NCBI GenBank assembly: GCA_963720545.1
Contig: OY970399.1
Location: 2,784,001 to 2,848,000, forward strand
DNA from: an uncultured Acidobacteriota bacterium
GTDB taxonomy: Bacteria > Acidobacteriota > Vicinamibacteria > Fen-336
Direction: 5' to 3'
Length of the DNA stretch: 64,000 bases
Shown here: positions 11,893 through 21,455 of the stretch, piece after piece
Numbering within the stretch: position 1 is the first letter of the stretch
Layout: every line of letters starts with the position of its first letter
The notes under the pieces: model-generated
Told to the model about the DNA's origin: nothing
What the model saw: only the letters and a program-made list of their open reading frames with translations
The model's database searches: none
Made by a program: the position numbers and the translations under genes

Positions 11893-13017
11893 GTGAACCC
11901 TTTCGACGGCAAGCTCTGGCTGGCGCCGCTCACCTTTGGCGGCAACCTGCCGTTCCGCCGGCTGTGCGTCGGGTTCGGTGCCGAGGTGACGGTGGGCGAG
12001 ATGGCGGTGGTGCGCAAGCTGCTGCAGCGGCGCCAGGCGGAGTACGCGCTGCTGCGCAGCCACCCGAGCGAGGCGATGTTCGGCGCGCAGCTCGCCGACC
12101 GCGACGCAGGCACGCTGGCGGAGGGTGCCCGCATCGCCGCCGGCAGGGGTGCGCGCTTCATCGACCTCAACTGCGGCTGCCCGATCTTCGAGTTCACGCG
12201 CCGCGGCCTCGGCTCGGGCCTGCTGCTGAAGCCGCGCAAGATCGCCGGGCTGGTGGCGGCGATGAAGGCGGCGGTGGACGTGCCGGTCACGGTGAAGCTG
12301 CGCCTCGGCTACAGCGACGACAAGCGCAACGTCTCCGAGGTGGCGCGGCTCGCAGAGGAAGCCGGCGCCGCGGCCATCACCATCCACGGCCGCACCCGCG
12401 AGGCGCGCTACTCGAAGGCCGCCGACTGGGATGCGATCGGCGCGGTGGCGGCTGAGCGCTCGGTGCCGGTGATCGGCAACGGCGACATCCTCACCTGCTA
12501 CGAAGCGCGCGACCGCATGGCGCGCGCCGGTGTCCGCTCGGTGATGCTGGCGCGCGGCGCGCTCATCAAGCCCTGGCTGTTCCGCGAGATCCACGAGAAC
12601 CGCACCTGGCTGCCGACGCCTCGCGAGCGGCTGGGCGTGCTGTGGCAGTTTCTCGGCCTGCTGCTCGAGCACTTCGGCGCCGACGAGCGCGGCCGCGTGC
12701 GCGTGCGCCAGTTCCTCGCATGGCACCTCGGCTTCTTCCACCGCTATCGTCCGCTGCCGGAAGAGGAGCACCTCGAGGCCTCGCGCGCGCACCCGCTGCT
12801 GCAGACGCGCCAGGACCTGGGTGAGGGCCTCGAGCCGCTCGAGGCACTCTTGCGCGATGCGCGCCCCGCCGTTCACGAGCGGTTGGCGGACGCGCTGCTT
12901 GGCAGTGCCAGCTTCACGGAAGCCATCGAGCGCGCCGCTGCGGTAGACCGCGGCGGCGACACGCCCGCTGGCGACGAGCGGGACAGCGAGCCGTCCGCCC
13001 GCCTTATCGCGGGCTAG
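11893..13017 (+). CDS. tRNA-dihydrouridine synthase (Dus family, Dus3-like)
   Basis: LAPLT.GGNLPFRRLC, DLNCGCP, VTVKLR, TIHGRTR, GNGDI, ARGALIKPWLF; GTG at 11893. Confidence 0.92.
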   Translation: MNPFDGKLWLAPLTFGGNLPFRRLCVGFGAEVTVGEMAVVRKLLQRRQAEYALLRSHPSEAMFGAQLADRDAGTLAEGARIAAGRGARFIDLNCGCPIFEFTRRGLGSGLLLKPRKIAGLVAAMKAAVDVPVTVKLRLGYSDDKRNVSEVARLAEEAGAAAITIHGRTREARYSKAADWDAIGAVAAERSVPVIGNGDILTCYEARDRMARAGVRSVMLARGALIKPWLFREIHENRTWLPTPRERLGVLWQFLGLLLEHFGADERGRVRVRQFLAWHLGFFHRYRPLPEEEHLEASRAHPLLQTRQDLGEGLEPLEALLRDARPAVHERLADALLGSASFTEAIERAAAVDRGGDTPAGDERDSEPSARLIAG

Positions 13018-15544
13018 CAGCGGCGGCGAGCTTGCGCAGTTCCTCGTCGGCGTAGCCTACCCAGCGGTTCGCGGTGTCGCCGGTGCCGAGGATCGCCGCG
13101 CGGCCGGCGGTCAGCAGCGGCTCGCCTTCGGCGCGGCGGCCCTGCTCGGCGAGCGCCCGGCCCAGCGCCACCTGCGACTCGCCGATCCCCGCGCGATCGT
13201 CCTTCTTCACCCGCTGCCGGATGTCGAGGCACTCGCGCGCCAGCTTCTCGGTGCGTGGCCAGTCCTTGAGGACCGCGGTCGTCATCGCCCAGTTGCAGAG
13301 CGAGGTGGCGACATCCGGATGGTCGTTGCCCAGCTCCTTGCGGAAGCGCGGCACCGCGTTCTCGTAGGCGGCGTCGGCTGCGCGCGGGTCGCCGGCGCGC
13401 ATTGCGACGGTGGCGGTGTTGAGCATGGTGCGGGTCACGGCGGGGTGGTTCTCGCCGAGCACCTTGCGCCGCATCGCCAGGACCTCGCCGAGCACCGCCT
13501 GCGTCTCCTTGTATCGCGCGTTGCGGAAGTAGACGCCGCCCAGGTTCTCCATGACGATCGCGACTTCCGGGTGCTCCTCGCCGTAGGCGCGCCGGGTCAC
13601 CGCCAGCGCTTCCTTGTAAAGGCGCTCGGCGCTGTCGAGCTGGTTGAGGTTGAGGTTCGCGATCGCGAGGTCGTTGAGGGCGAGCGCGACATCGGGATGG
13701 TCCGGGCCCAGGGCCGCGCGGCGGATCGCGAGCGACTGCTCGATCATCGTCGCCGCGCGCTTCCAGTCGCCCTTGCCCTGACCGGCGATGTTGCCAGCGA
13801 GCTGCAAGGTCTGGCCGACTTCGCGGCTGCCTTCGCCGAGCGCCTTCCTCTGCAGCGCCAGCGCCTGGTCGGCGGCGGCAGCCGCCTCGTCGTACTTGCC
13901 GCGATCGAACAGCACGGTCGCGAGCGCCACCTCGCCAGCGCCGATCTGGGCATCGCCTTGCGCGTAACGCTGCCGTCGGATCGCCAGCGACTCGCGCGCC
14001 ATCGTTTCCGCTTCCTCGTGGCGCCCCTGGCGCAGCGACAGGTCGGCGAGCGCCGTGAGTGTCTCCGCCACTTCCTCGTGCGCGGGGCCGAGCGCCGCCT
14101 TTTCCTCCGCGAGCGCCTTGCGCAGCAGTGGCTCGGCCTCCTGGTAGCGGCCGAGGCTCGCGTAGGTGCGGCCGATGGTGCGCCGCGCCGCGGCCGCGAG
14201 CAGCGGCTGCGCGCCGAACGAGCTGTCGATCTTGCGCGACGAATCCTGCAACGCCTCGAGCACCGTGATGTTGCGCTGGCCGGTCTGCGACGGGTCGGCC
14301 GAGCGCAGCATCTCCTGCAGGAAAGCGTTCATCGCGGTGGCCTTCGCCATCTCCACCTCGGCGCGGTCGCGTTCCCGCGCGATGCGCCGCGCCTGCACCG
14401 CGGCTGTGAACGCCGAGCCCACGACCAGCAGGCTCAGCACCGCGGCGAAGGCGACGCCGGCGCGGTGGCGGCGCACGAACCGGCTCATGCGGTAGGTGGT
14501 CGTCGGCGGCCGCGCCGTGACCGGCTCGTTGTTCAGGTGGCGGCGCAGGTCGAGGGCGAACGCGTTCGCGGTTTCGTAGCGCTCGGCGCGTTCGCGGCTC
14601 ATCGCCTTGAGCGTGATCCAGTCGAGGTCGCCCTTGACCTGCCGACTGAGGGAGCCCGGATCGGTGTGGCGCTGCGCGGCAATCTGCGTGCTGCGCTCAT
14701 CGGTGGTCGCGAGCCGTGAGCTGGGCGTCGCCGCATCGGTCTCGCGCAGGATCTTGTGGCCCTCGCTGCCGGCGCGCGCCAGGAGCCGCGGGTCGAACGG
14801 ATAGGCGCCGGTGAGCAGGAAGTAGAGCATCACGCCGAGGCTGTAGATGTCGGTGCGGGTGTCGATGTCGAGGCCGGTGAGCTCGTACTGCTCCGGGCTC
14901 ATGAACGCCGGCGTGCCCAGCACCTGGCCGATCTGGGTGACGAGCGTCGCGTCGCTGAGGCGGCGTTCGGTGGCCTTGGCGATGCCGAAGTCGATGACCT
15001 TCGGCTGCGCCTTGCCGTCCTGCATCATCACCAGCACGTTGCTCGGCTTGAGGTCGCGGTGAATGACGCCCTTCTGGTGGGCGTGCTGCACCGCATGGCA
15101 GACGCCGATGAACAGCTCGACGCGCTCGCGGGTGGTGAGGCGGTTGAGGTCGCAGTAGTCGGTGATCGGGATGCCCTGCACCAGCTCCATGACGAAGTAG
15201 GGAAGCCCGTTGTCCGCGACCGCGCCGTCGAACACCTTGGCGATGCCGGGATGGTCCATCACCGCGAGCGCCTGGCGCTCGGTCTCGAAGCGTCCCACCA
15301 CCTGCTTGGTGTCGAGCCCGGCCTTCATGATCTTGAGCGCGACGCGGCGGCGCACCGGCTCGCGCTGCTCTGCCATGTAGACGACGCCCATGCCGCCTTC
15401 GCCGAGCACCTGCAGGATGCGGTAGGCGCCGATCCACTCGGGGTGCTTCGCCGCCGCAACCGGCGGCGGCGTGGGCGCGTCGGGGCCAGCGGCGCGTGTC
15501 GCGGTGTCGTGCTCGCGACCCTTCGGCTTGTTCTCGGTGTTCAT
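13004..15544 (-). CDS. Ser/Thr protein kinase - TM - long TPR array
   Basis: GEGGMGVVY, HRDLKPSN, DFGIAK, GTPAFMSPE; TM GVAFAAVLSLLVVGSAFTA; repeated LG..HP.VA kinesin-light-chain-type TPRs; ATG 15544. Confidence 0.93.
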   Translation of the reverse strand: MNTENKPKGREHDTATRAAGPDAPTPPPVAAAKHPEWIGAYRILQVLGEGGMGVVYMAEQREPVRRRVALKIMKAGLDTKQVVGRFETERQALAVMDHPGIAKVFDGAVADNGLPYFVMELVQGIPITDYCDLNRLTTRERVELFIGVCHAVQHAHQKGVIHRDLKPSNVLVMMQDGKAQPKVIDFGIAKATERRLSDATLVTQIGQVLGTPAFMSPEQYELTGLDIDTRTDIYSLGVMLYFLLTGAYPFDPRLLARAGSEGHKILRETDAATPSSRLATTDERSTQIAAQRHTDPGSLSRQVKGDLDWITLKAMSRERAERYETANAFALDLRRHLNNEPVTARPPTTTYRMSRFVRRHRAGVAFAAVLSLLVVGSAFTAAVQARRIARERDRAEVEMAKATAMNAFLQEMLRSADPSQTGQRNITVLEALQDSSRKIDSSFGAQPLLAAAARRTIGRTYASLGRYQEAEPLLRKALAEEKAALGPAHEEVAETLTALADLSLRQGRHEEAETMARESLAIRRQRYAQGDAQIGAGEVALATVLFDRGKYDEAAAAADQALALQRKALGEGSREVGQTLQLAGNIAGQGKGDWKRAATMIEQSLAIRRAALGPDHPDVALALNDLAIANLNLNQLDSAERLYKEALAVTRRAYGEEHPEVAIVMENLGGVYFRNARYKETQAVLGEVLAMRRKVLGENHPAVTRTMLNTATVAMRAGDPRAADAAYENAVPRFRKELGNDHPDVATSLCNWAMTTAVLKDWPRTEKLARECLDIRQRVKKDDRAGIGESQVALGRALAEQGRRAEGEPLLTAGRAAILGTGDTANRWVGYADEELRKLAAAASPR

Positions 15545-15669
15545 CGACCCGGGCGCATCGTACAAGCAATCGTCACTGCACCCAGCATACGATTCATGGT
15601 GGTGTTCAAGTTGCCCAACCCCAACATTGTGGGCTCGAAGGCCTTCGGGCTGGGCGATAATGGTTGGCG

Positions 15670-16611
15670 ATGCTTTTTGCTCCGGCCCGTTTCATCCAGG
15701 GCGCCAACCTGCCCTGGATGCTCTACGGATGCGACTTTGGCGCGAATCCCTGGTATCCGGAGGGTGGCATCGCCGTGCCCGAACGGACCCGCCAGCTCGA
15801 CGAAGTCGTGGCGCGGCTCGCCGCACGCGGCATCGAGGCGCTGCGCTGGTTCGCGCTTTGCGACCTGCGCTCGGGCGTGCGCTTCGACAGCCACGGAACG
15901 CCGCTGGGACTCGACGCGTTCGTCGCCGCCGACATGGAAGCGGCGCTGCAGGTGCTCGACCGCCACAACGTCAAGGTGATCTTCTCGCTCTTCGACTTCC
16001 ATCTCTGCGGGCGCCGCCAGGTGCAGCAGGGCGTGCAGCTCGGCGGCCGGCGCACGCTCGTGACCGCGGCGGCCCGCCGGCGCGCGCTGGTCGGTACGGT
16101 GGTCGCACCCATCCTGCAGCGCTTCGGCAACGAGCCGTCGGTCCTCGCTTGGGAAGTGATGAACGAACCCGAATGGGTGACCTCCGGCTACGGCCGCGCC
16201 ATCCTCGGCCTGCGGGTGTCGCGCGCCGACATGCGCGCGTTCCTCGGCGCCGTGACCGACGCGGTTCACGAGCACACCGGGCGGCCCGCCACTGTCGGCT
16301 GCGCCAGCCGCAAGTGGCTCGACCTCGTGGACGGCCTCGGGCTCGACCTGCACCAGGTGCACTGGTACGACAAGATCGATTCGCTCGACGCGCTGCGCCA
16401 TCCGGTCGCCGAGTGGGCCGGTGGCATGTCCGCGCTGCTCGGCGAGTTCCCGACCCGCGGGTCCGCGCACCAGGCGCCGCTGCTGGCCGAGGCCGCGCGC
16501 GCCGCCGGCTTCAGCGGCGCCTTCGCGTGGTCGGCGATGAGCAGCGACGAAGCCTCGGACGGAGCCGCGGTCGAAACCCTGTATCCACAACCTCGCTATC
16601 ACGACGCCTGA
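15670..16611 (+). CDS. Glycoside hydrolase, clan GH-A (GH5/cellulase-mannanase-like), no signal peptide
   Basis: GANLPW, LRWF, AWEVMNEP (acid/base Glu), QVHWY, LLGEF (nucleophile), FAWS. Confidence 0.8.
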   Translation: MLFAPARFIQGANLPWMLYGCDFGANPWYPEGGIAVPERTRQLDEVVARLAARGIEALRWFALCDLRSGVRFDSHGTPLGLDAFVAADMEAALQVLDRHNVKVIFSLFDFHLCGRRQVQQGVQLGGRRTLVTAAARRRALVGTVVAPILQRFGNEPSVLAWEVMNEPEWVTSGYGRAILGLRVSRADMRAFLGAVTDAVHEHTGRPATVGCASRKWLDLVDGLGLDLHQVHWYDKIDSLDALRHPVAEWAGGMSALLGEFPTRGSAHQAPLLAEAARAAGFSGAFAWSAMSSDEASDGAAVETLYPQPRYHDA

Positions 16612-16651
16612 TTCATTCGCCTTGCTTCATTCCTGCAACTGGAGGTATTCG

Positions 16652-17425
16652 ATGCGTAACGCCCTACTGGCCGTCCTCGGCCTTGCCGCCCTTGCCGCCT
16701 CGGCCCCGCGCGCCGCGGCGCAGGTGATCGAACCCGCTCCCACGGTCTATCGCGGCGCCGCGGCGCCAGATGCCCCGACCTGGTCGGGCCAGCTGGACGC
16801 TTCGCTGCTCGCCGTCACCGGCAACAGCGACACTCGTGCGCTCGGCTTCGGCGCGGTGGCTTTCTACAACGCGAACCGCTGGCGGGTGGAAGCGAAGGGC
16901 AGCTTCACCTCGGCTGCCACCGACGGCATCGCCACCGCGCGCCGCACGCTCACCAGCCTGCGGGTCGAGCGCGACATCGGCACCTGGTGGGGCGTCTACG
17001 GCGGCCTCGGCTGGGCGCGCGACACCTTCGCCGGCTTCACTTCGCAGACGACCATCGAAGGCGGCGTGATGTACCGCGCGATCGTGCAGCCGCGCCACGT
17101 GCTGACGCTCTCGGGCGGCATCGCGCAGACCTTCGAGTCGCGGTTGCCGCCGGAGGCGAACGAGAACTTCCTCGGCGCCAAGGCCGGCCTCAACTACCGC
17201 TATCGCATCAGCGACAACGCCGAGTTCTTCGAGGACGCGGGCATGCTGTGGAACTTCGAGATCTCGAGCGACTGGCGCTTTACCAACTCCGCCGGCATCA
17301 CGGCGCAGGTGACGAAGAACATCGCCCTCAAGGTCGCGAACGAGCTGTTCTACCGCCACCAGCCGATCAGCGGCTTCGAGTCGACCGACTCGGTGCTGCG
17401 CGCCGGCATCGTCGCCAAGTTTTAG
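16652..17425 (+). CDS. DUF481/YdiY-like outer-membrane beta-barrel protein
   Basis: GGAGG RBS; signal peptide; TGNSDT motif, D.FAGF; terminal Phe (GIVAKF). Confidence 0.8.
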   Translation: MRNALLAVLGLAALAASAPRAAAQVIEPAPTVYRGAAAPDAPTWSGQLDASLLAVTGNSDTRALGFGAVAFYNANRWRVEAKGSFTSAATDGIATARRTLTSLRVERDIGTWWGVYGGLGWARDTFAGFTSQTTIEGGVMYRAIVQPRHVLTLSGGIAQTFESRLPPEANENFLGAKAGLNYRYRISDNAEFFEDAGMLWNFEISSDWRFTNSAGITAQVTKNIALKVANELFYRHQPISGFESTDSVLRAGIVAKF

Positions 17426-17436
17426 CGCGGGTTCGG

Positions 17437-17883
17437 CTACTCGGAACAGTTGCCGAGGCCGAGTCCCGTGGGAGCGAGCGCGGCAATCAGCGCCTGAAGG
17501 TCCGCGGGCAGCTCGGCGCCCTCGGTCCACGCGGCGGTCTCCTCCAGATCGCCGCGCCGCAAGGTCAGCGTCGCCGTCTTCATGTCGGCCGCGCCGCCGC
17601 GCGCCCAGCGCGACTGGTACTTCGCCTGCCACGCGTCGGGCGCAGCGTTCTTCACCGCGGCCGCGAGCGGCTCCTTCGCCGCCGCCGGTGTCTGTTGCCG
17701 GCACGTCACCCGCGCGCCTTCACCCTCGCCGGTGCGCCTTTCCATCGAACCGTCGGAGCGCAGCAGCACGGTGTCGGTACGGCCGGTGAAGCCGCCGGAG
17801 GTGGTGTAGGTGAGTGTCCAGGGGGCGTCGGTCGGGGCAGTGAGGGGGGTCGAGAGCATCAAAGAAAGAACGAGGATCTTCAC
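17437..17883 (-). CDS. Putative exported emfourin-like (M4 protease inhibitor) protein
   Basis: GTG 17883; signal-like KILVLSLMLSTPLTA; TYTTSGGFTG, GAADMKTATLTL and LPADLQALIAAL resemble the emfourin pattern as I recall it; lies directly downstream of M4 genes. Confidence 0.6.
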   Translation of the reverse strand: MKILVLSLMLSTPLTAPTDAPWTLTYTTSGGFTGRTDTVLLRSDGSMERRTGEGEGARVTCRQQTPAAAKEPLAAAVKNAAPDAWQAKYQSRWARGGAADMKTATLTLRRGDLEETAAWTEGAELPADLQALIAALAPTGLGLGNCSE

Positions 17884-17889
17884 TGGGCG

Positions 17890-17898
17890 AGGATAACA
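17890..17898 (-). promoter_or_regulatory. Extended -10 promoter (TGtTATCCT) 6 nt before the GTG start: leaderless-type
   Basis: Reverse complement of 17890-17898; no Shine-Dalgarno. Confidence 0.55.
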
Positions 17899-17900
17899 AC

Positions 17901-17941
17901 AACGGACAACGAACAACGGACAAAGAACTATGAACAACGAC
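17901..17941. repeat. Degenerate heptamer tandem repeat (AACGAAC/AACGGAC, about 6 units)
   Basis: AACGGAC AACGAAC AACGGAC AAAGAAC TATGAAC AACGAC. Confidence 0.75.
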
Positions 17942-17972
17942 AAAAGGAAAGGGGCTCCCTGGCGGGAGCCCC
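17941..17972 (-). terminator. Rho-independent terminator of the M4 gene 18008-21177
   Basis: Stem GGGGCTCCC/GGGAGCCCC followed on the minus strand by TTTCCTTTTG. Confidence 0.8.
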
Positions 17973-18007
17973 TAATTTACTAATCAGTCGGCGCCTGCGG
18001 CGCCGAC

Positions 18008-21000
18008 TTAATTATCATCATTAACGATCGTGCAGATGCCTCGGTTGTCGAGGATCGTGCCCTGGCTCGTGTGGGTGAGCTTCAGGTTGAAGCGCTCGTC
18101 CGCTTCGGGGATGCGGTCGCCGACGACGTCCGTGACGACCTGCGCCGAGATCGAACCGGCGGGGATCACCACCGAGCCCGACTTCGCCGCGTAGTCGTTG
18201 TTGGCGACGCGAGCCGTGCCGTCGGCCGTCTGGTATTGGACGACCACGTTGCGGTTGAACGTGTGCGCGAGCGACACCGTGAAGCGGGCCTTGCGGACGT
18301 TGCGATCGCCCTCCTCGACGGAGACGTCGTCGACCGCGACGGACGGCGCCGTGGTGCTGGCGCAGCCGTACGCGCGGATGTCGGTGACGTACCAGCCAAA
18401 GGCGCCGCCGCAGCCGTCGTTGCCGAAGTCGAAGCGCAGACGGACGGAATCGCCGGCAGCGGCGAGGCCGGTGAGGTTCACCCGGGACGTTCCCCAGGAT
18501 CCGGAGACGCTGCCAGGATCGGTGCCGCTGAAGGCAGCTTCGCCCGCCAGCGGGTTGGTGTTGCCCTGCGCCGCGGTGAAGAGCGACGTGTTGTAGGCGT
18601 TGTAGGTGAAGCTGGCTGCGGGCACCAGCTGCCAGTCGCCGCCGTTGACGCTCACCTTGAGGTTGCCGCCATCGAAGTTCGCTTCGGTTGCGACCCAGTG
18701 GTCGAACGTCAGCAGCGGTGCCACGACGCCGTTGGGGATCTTGATGGCCTTGCTCGAGAGGTGCAGCACGGCCGACTCGTCGCCGCCCGGCGCGCACGTC
18801 CCGCCGGTCGGGTCGATGGCGAACATCGCCGAGCCGTCGCGGCCGTCCGGCAGGTTGGAGACCACCTGCCAGTCGCGGTCGGTGAAGTCGGCCGGCCGGT
18901 TGGCCCTGTGGGTGGTAGTCCAGCGTGCCGAACCCTCGTTGAAGCTCTCCCGGAACAGGTTGACCGCGGCGTCGCCTGTGGAGCAGACGGGCGGCGGATC
19001 CTTGGCGAGCAGCGGCTGGAAGTTGCACTGCACCGGTTCGGTACGCAGTTCGACGGCGAGGGTTGCCTTTGCCACCTGCTGGCAGTCGTCGGCGTCGAGG
19101 ACGTCGGTCGTCGGCGCGCCGGTGTAGGCCTCGACCAGCGTCGCGCCGATGAGGTCGGCGCACGACTGCTCGAGCGCATCGGCGTGATCAGCGAAGTTCG
19201 AGCTCGGCGTCTGGTAGACGGTCTGGGCGCGGAAGTAGATCGGCGCGACCTTGTTGAAGCCGAGGCCGGCGATCGTCTGTCCGTTGTAAGTGCCGCCGTC
19301 CACCAGCAGCGCGAACGCATGGTTGGGCACGCCGGAGTTGGTGTGCACGCCGCCCTGGTCCGAGGCGCCGCAGGTGTACTGCGACGTCCGAGACCTTGCC
19401 GGGGTTGCTGGCGCAGACCGGGTTCCACATGTCGCGCAGCGCGCCGCCGGGTGTCGACCTCTTCGCCCATCAGCCAGCGGTAGGAGTTGTCCACCGTCGG
19501 CGTCTCGTCGAGGCGCAGCGTGGCGTTGGCCGGCAGGTTGGCGCGCAGCAGGTCGCCGTTGGCGTTGCCCAGGCCGACCGCGGGAATGTTCGGGAAGTTG
19601 ACGCCGTCCCCGCCCAGGCCGAACGGCGCGTTGCCGCCGAGCGCATGGTTCGAGATGATGACGGCGACCGCGCCGTTCGCCTCGGCATTCGCCACCTTCG
19701 CCGCGAACGAACAGGTGCCGCGGTAGATGAGCGCGATCTTGCCGGCGACGGCCGCTGCGTTGACGAACGGCGTCTCGCAGCCATCCATCACCGACAGGTT
19801 GCCGCCGCCGGTCGGCGGCCCCGCGTCACCGACGCCGTCGTTCACCAGCACCACGTCGCCGGTGATGCCGGTGCCGGTCAGCGGCGGGCCGAAGTCGGCG
19901 CCGCCGACCGCATAGTTGCCCGCGATGCTGGCCGGGGCGTTGACGCGCAGCACCGGCGGCGGCGTGATGAATGCGGTGCACGAGCCGTCGGTGCGCGCGC
20001 CGCCGGGAGCATCGAGGCCGCGGCCGTTCAGCTGGTCGATGGTCTCACCCCACATATCGGAATACGCCTCGTTGAGGGCGCCCGACTGCCACTGATAGAT
20101 GAGGCCGTGCGTGAACTCGGTGTAGGCGTGCGCCCACTCGTGGCCGGTGACGTCGTCGGTGGTGAAGCCTGGGCAGAACGAGATGAAGATGCTGTTCCAG
20201 GAAGCGTTCGGGCACTGGTAGCCGCGGTTGAAGATCGAGTCCATGGTCGCGCCGTTGCCGTCGAACGAGTCGCGGCCGAAGGTGTTCTTGAAGTAGTTGT
20301 AGGTCTCTTCCGACGCCTCGATCATGTTGTCGGCTTCGACGGTGCCCGTTGGGAAGGCGTCGCCCTCCACCCAGAACGGCGAATCGGGGTAGCTCGGCGG
20401 CACGTTCGGCAGGTTGGCGCCGTCGTAGGCGCGGCGGTTCAGGTCGTCGGCGATGCCACTGATCTGGTCGATGTACTTGCCGGTGTGCGCGTCCATGTAC
20501 ACGAACTCACGAATTGCTCCCTTGCGGTCAGTGACCTCGACTTCCCACGCAAGGTGGTTCTTGCCGGGGACGCCCTTCACCAGGCCCTCGCGGAAGATCA
20601 CGAGGCGGTGGCGGCCGGCGGCAGCATCCTTCGCTGCCTTGTCGGTTGCGACCTTGCCGACCGCGACCTTCGCGACCGACTCGAAGCTGCGCGCAGGCGC
20701 GGTGCTGATGCTGAGGTCGGGCACGAACACGCCGTTCACCGCGCGCAACTGGCCGCCGACGGTGTGGGTACGCATTTCGGCGCCGAACACCGGCAGGCCG
20801 TTGTAGACCTGGCCGTAGACGAGATGGCGGCCGCCGTTCTTGTCGTCGAAGGCGCGCACCAGCGACAGCTCGGACGCGGCGTTGCGGATGCCGAATGCGG
20901 CACCGTACGCCTTGAGGAAATCGGCCGAAGCCTTTTCAGCCGTGGTCTGCAATGCGGCTGGCGCGGCCTTGGCGGCGGGCGCTGCCGGGGCGAGCCGCAC

Positions 21001-21177
21001 GAACCGAGCGCGGCCGGTGGCGCTGTTCAGGCTGACGCGCGCGGCGCCGCCCTTCAAGGCGGCGATGGCGGCGTCTGCGGAGCGGTCCGCGGCGGACGCA
21101 GCTTGCGGAGCGGCGATGGCGATGGCTGCGGCCGCGGCGACTGCGAGCCGCGAAAAATAAGGGTGTCTGGATTTCAT
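18008..21177 (-). CDS. Secreted M4 (thermolysin-like) metalloprotease with propeptide, PA insert and C-terminal beta-sandwich/Calx-beta domain; two frameshifts near 19452 and 19385
   Basis: NASWN, HEWAH, SGALNEAYSD in ORF 18709-21177; MWNPVCASNPGKVSD in ORF 19188-19430; GGVHTNSGVPNH and Calx-beta-like C-terminus in ORF 18008-19348; colinear with the intact paralogue 21456-24572. Confidence 0.9.
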
Positions 21178-21287
21178 TGCTTCACATCTCCTGGAAGGAG
21201 TTTTTCAGGCTTGAAGGAGCTCCGACGGAAGGGACGTCGAAAGGCCATCGAGTAAACGTTTTTGGGGTTCCCGTTGAACGTGAGTGG

Positions 21288-21317
21288 AGCCTAGGCCCGG
21301 GCTAAGCGAAAGGTCAA
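21288..21317 (-). promoter_or_regulatory. Sigma70-type promoter for M4 gene 1
   Basis: TTGACC (21317-21312) - 18 nt - TAGGCT (21293-21288). Confidence 0.55.
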
Positions 21318-21342
21318 GAGGTTGGATGGAGGGGACGAAGAA

Positions 21343-21389
21343 AAAGAACGACGAACAACGGCAACGAACAACGAACAACGGCAACAAAC
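21343..21389. repeat. Degenerate 6-7-nt tandem repeat (AACGAAC, about 7 units)
   Basis: AAAGAAC GACGAAC AACGGC AACGAAC AACGAAC AACGGC AACAAAC; homologous to 17901-17941. Confidence 0.75.
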
Positions 21390-21419
21390 AAAAGGAAAGG
21401 GGCTCCCTTTGGGAGCCCC
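21389..21419 (-). terminator. Rho-independent terminator of the M4 gene 21456-24572
   Basis: Stem GGGGCTCCC/GGGAGCCCC followed by TTTCCTTTTG on the minus strand. Confidence 0.8.
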
Positions 21420-21455
21420 TTATTTACTAATGAGTCGGCGGCTTACGCCGCCGAC

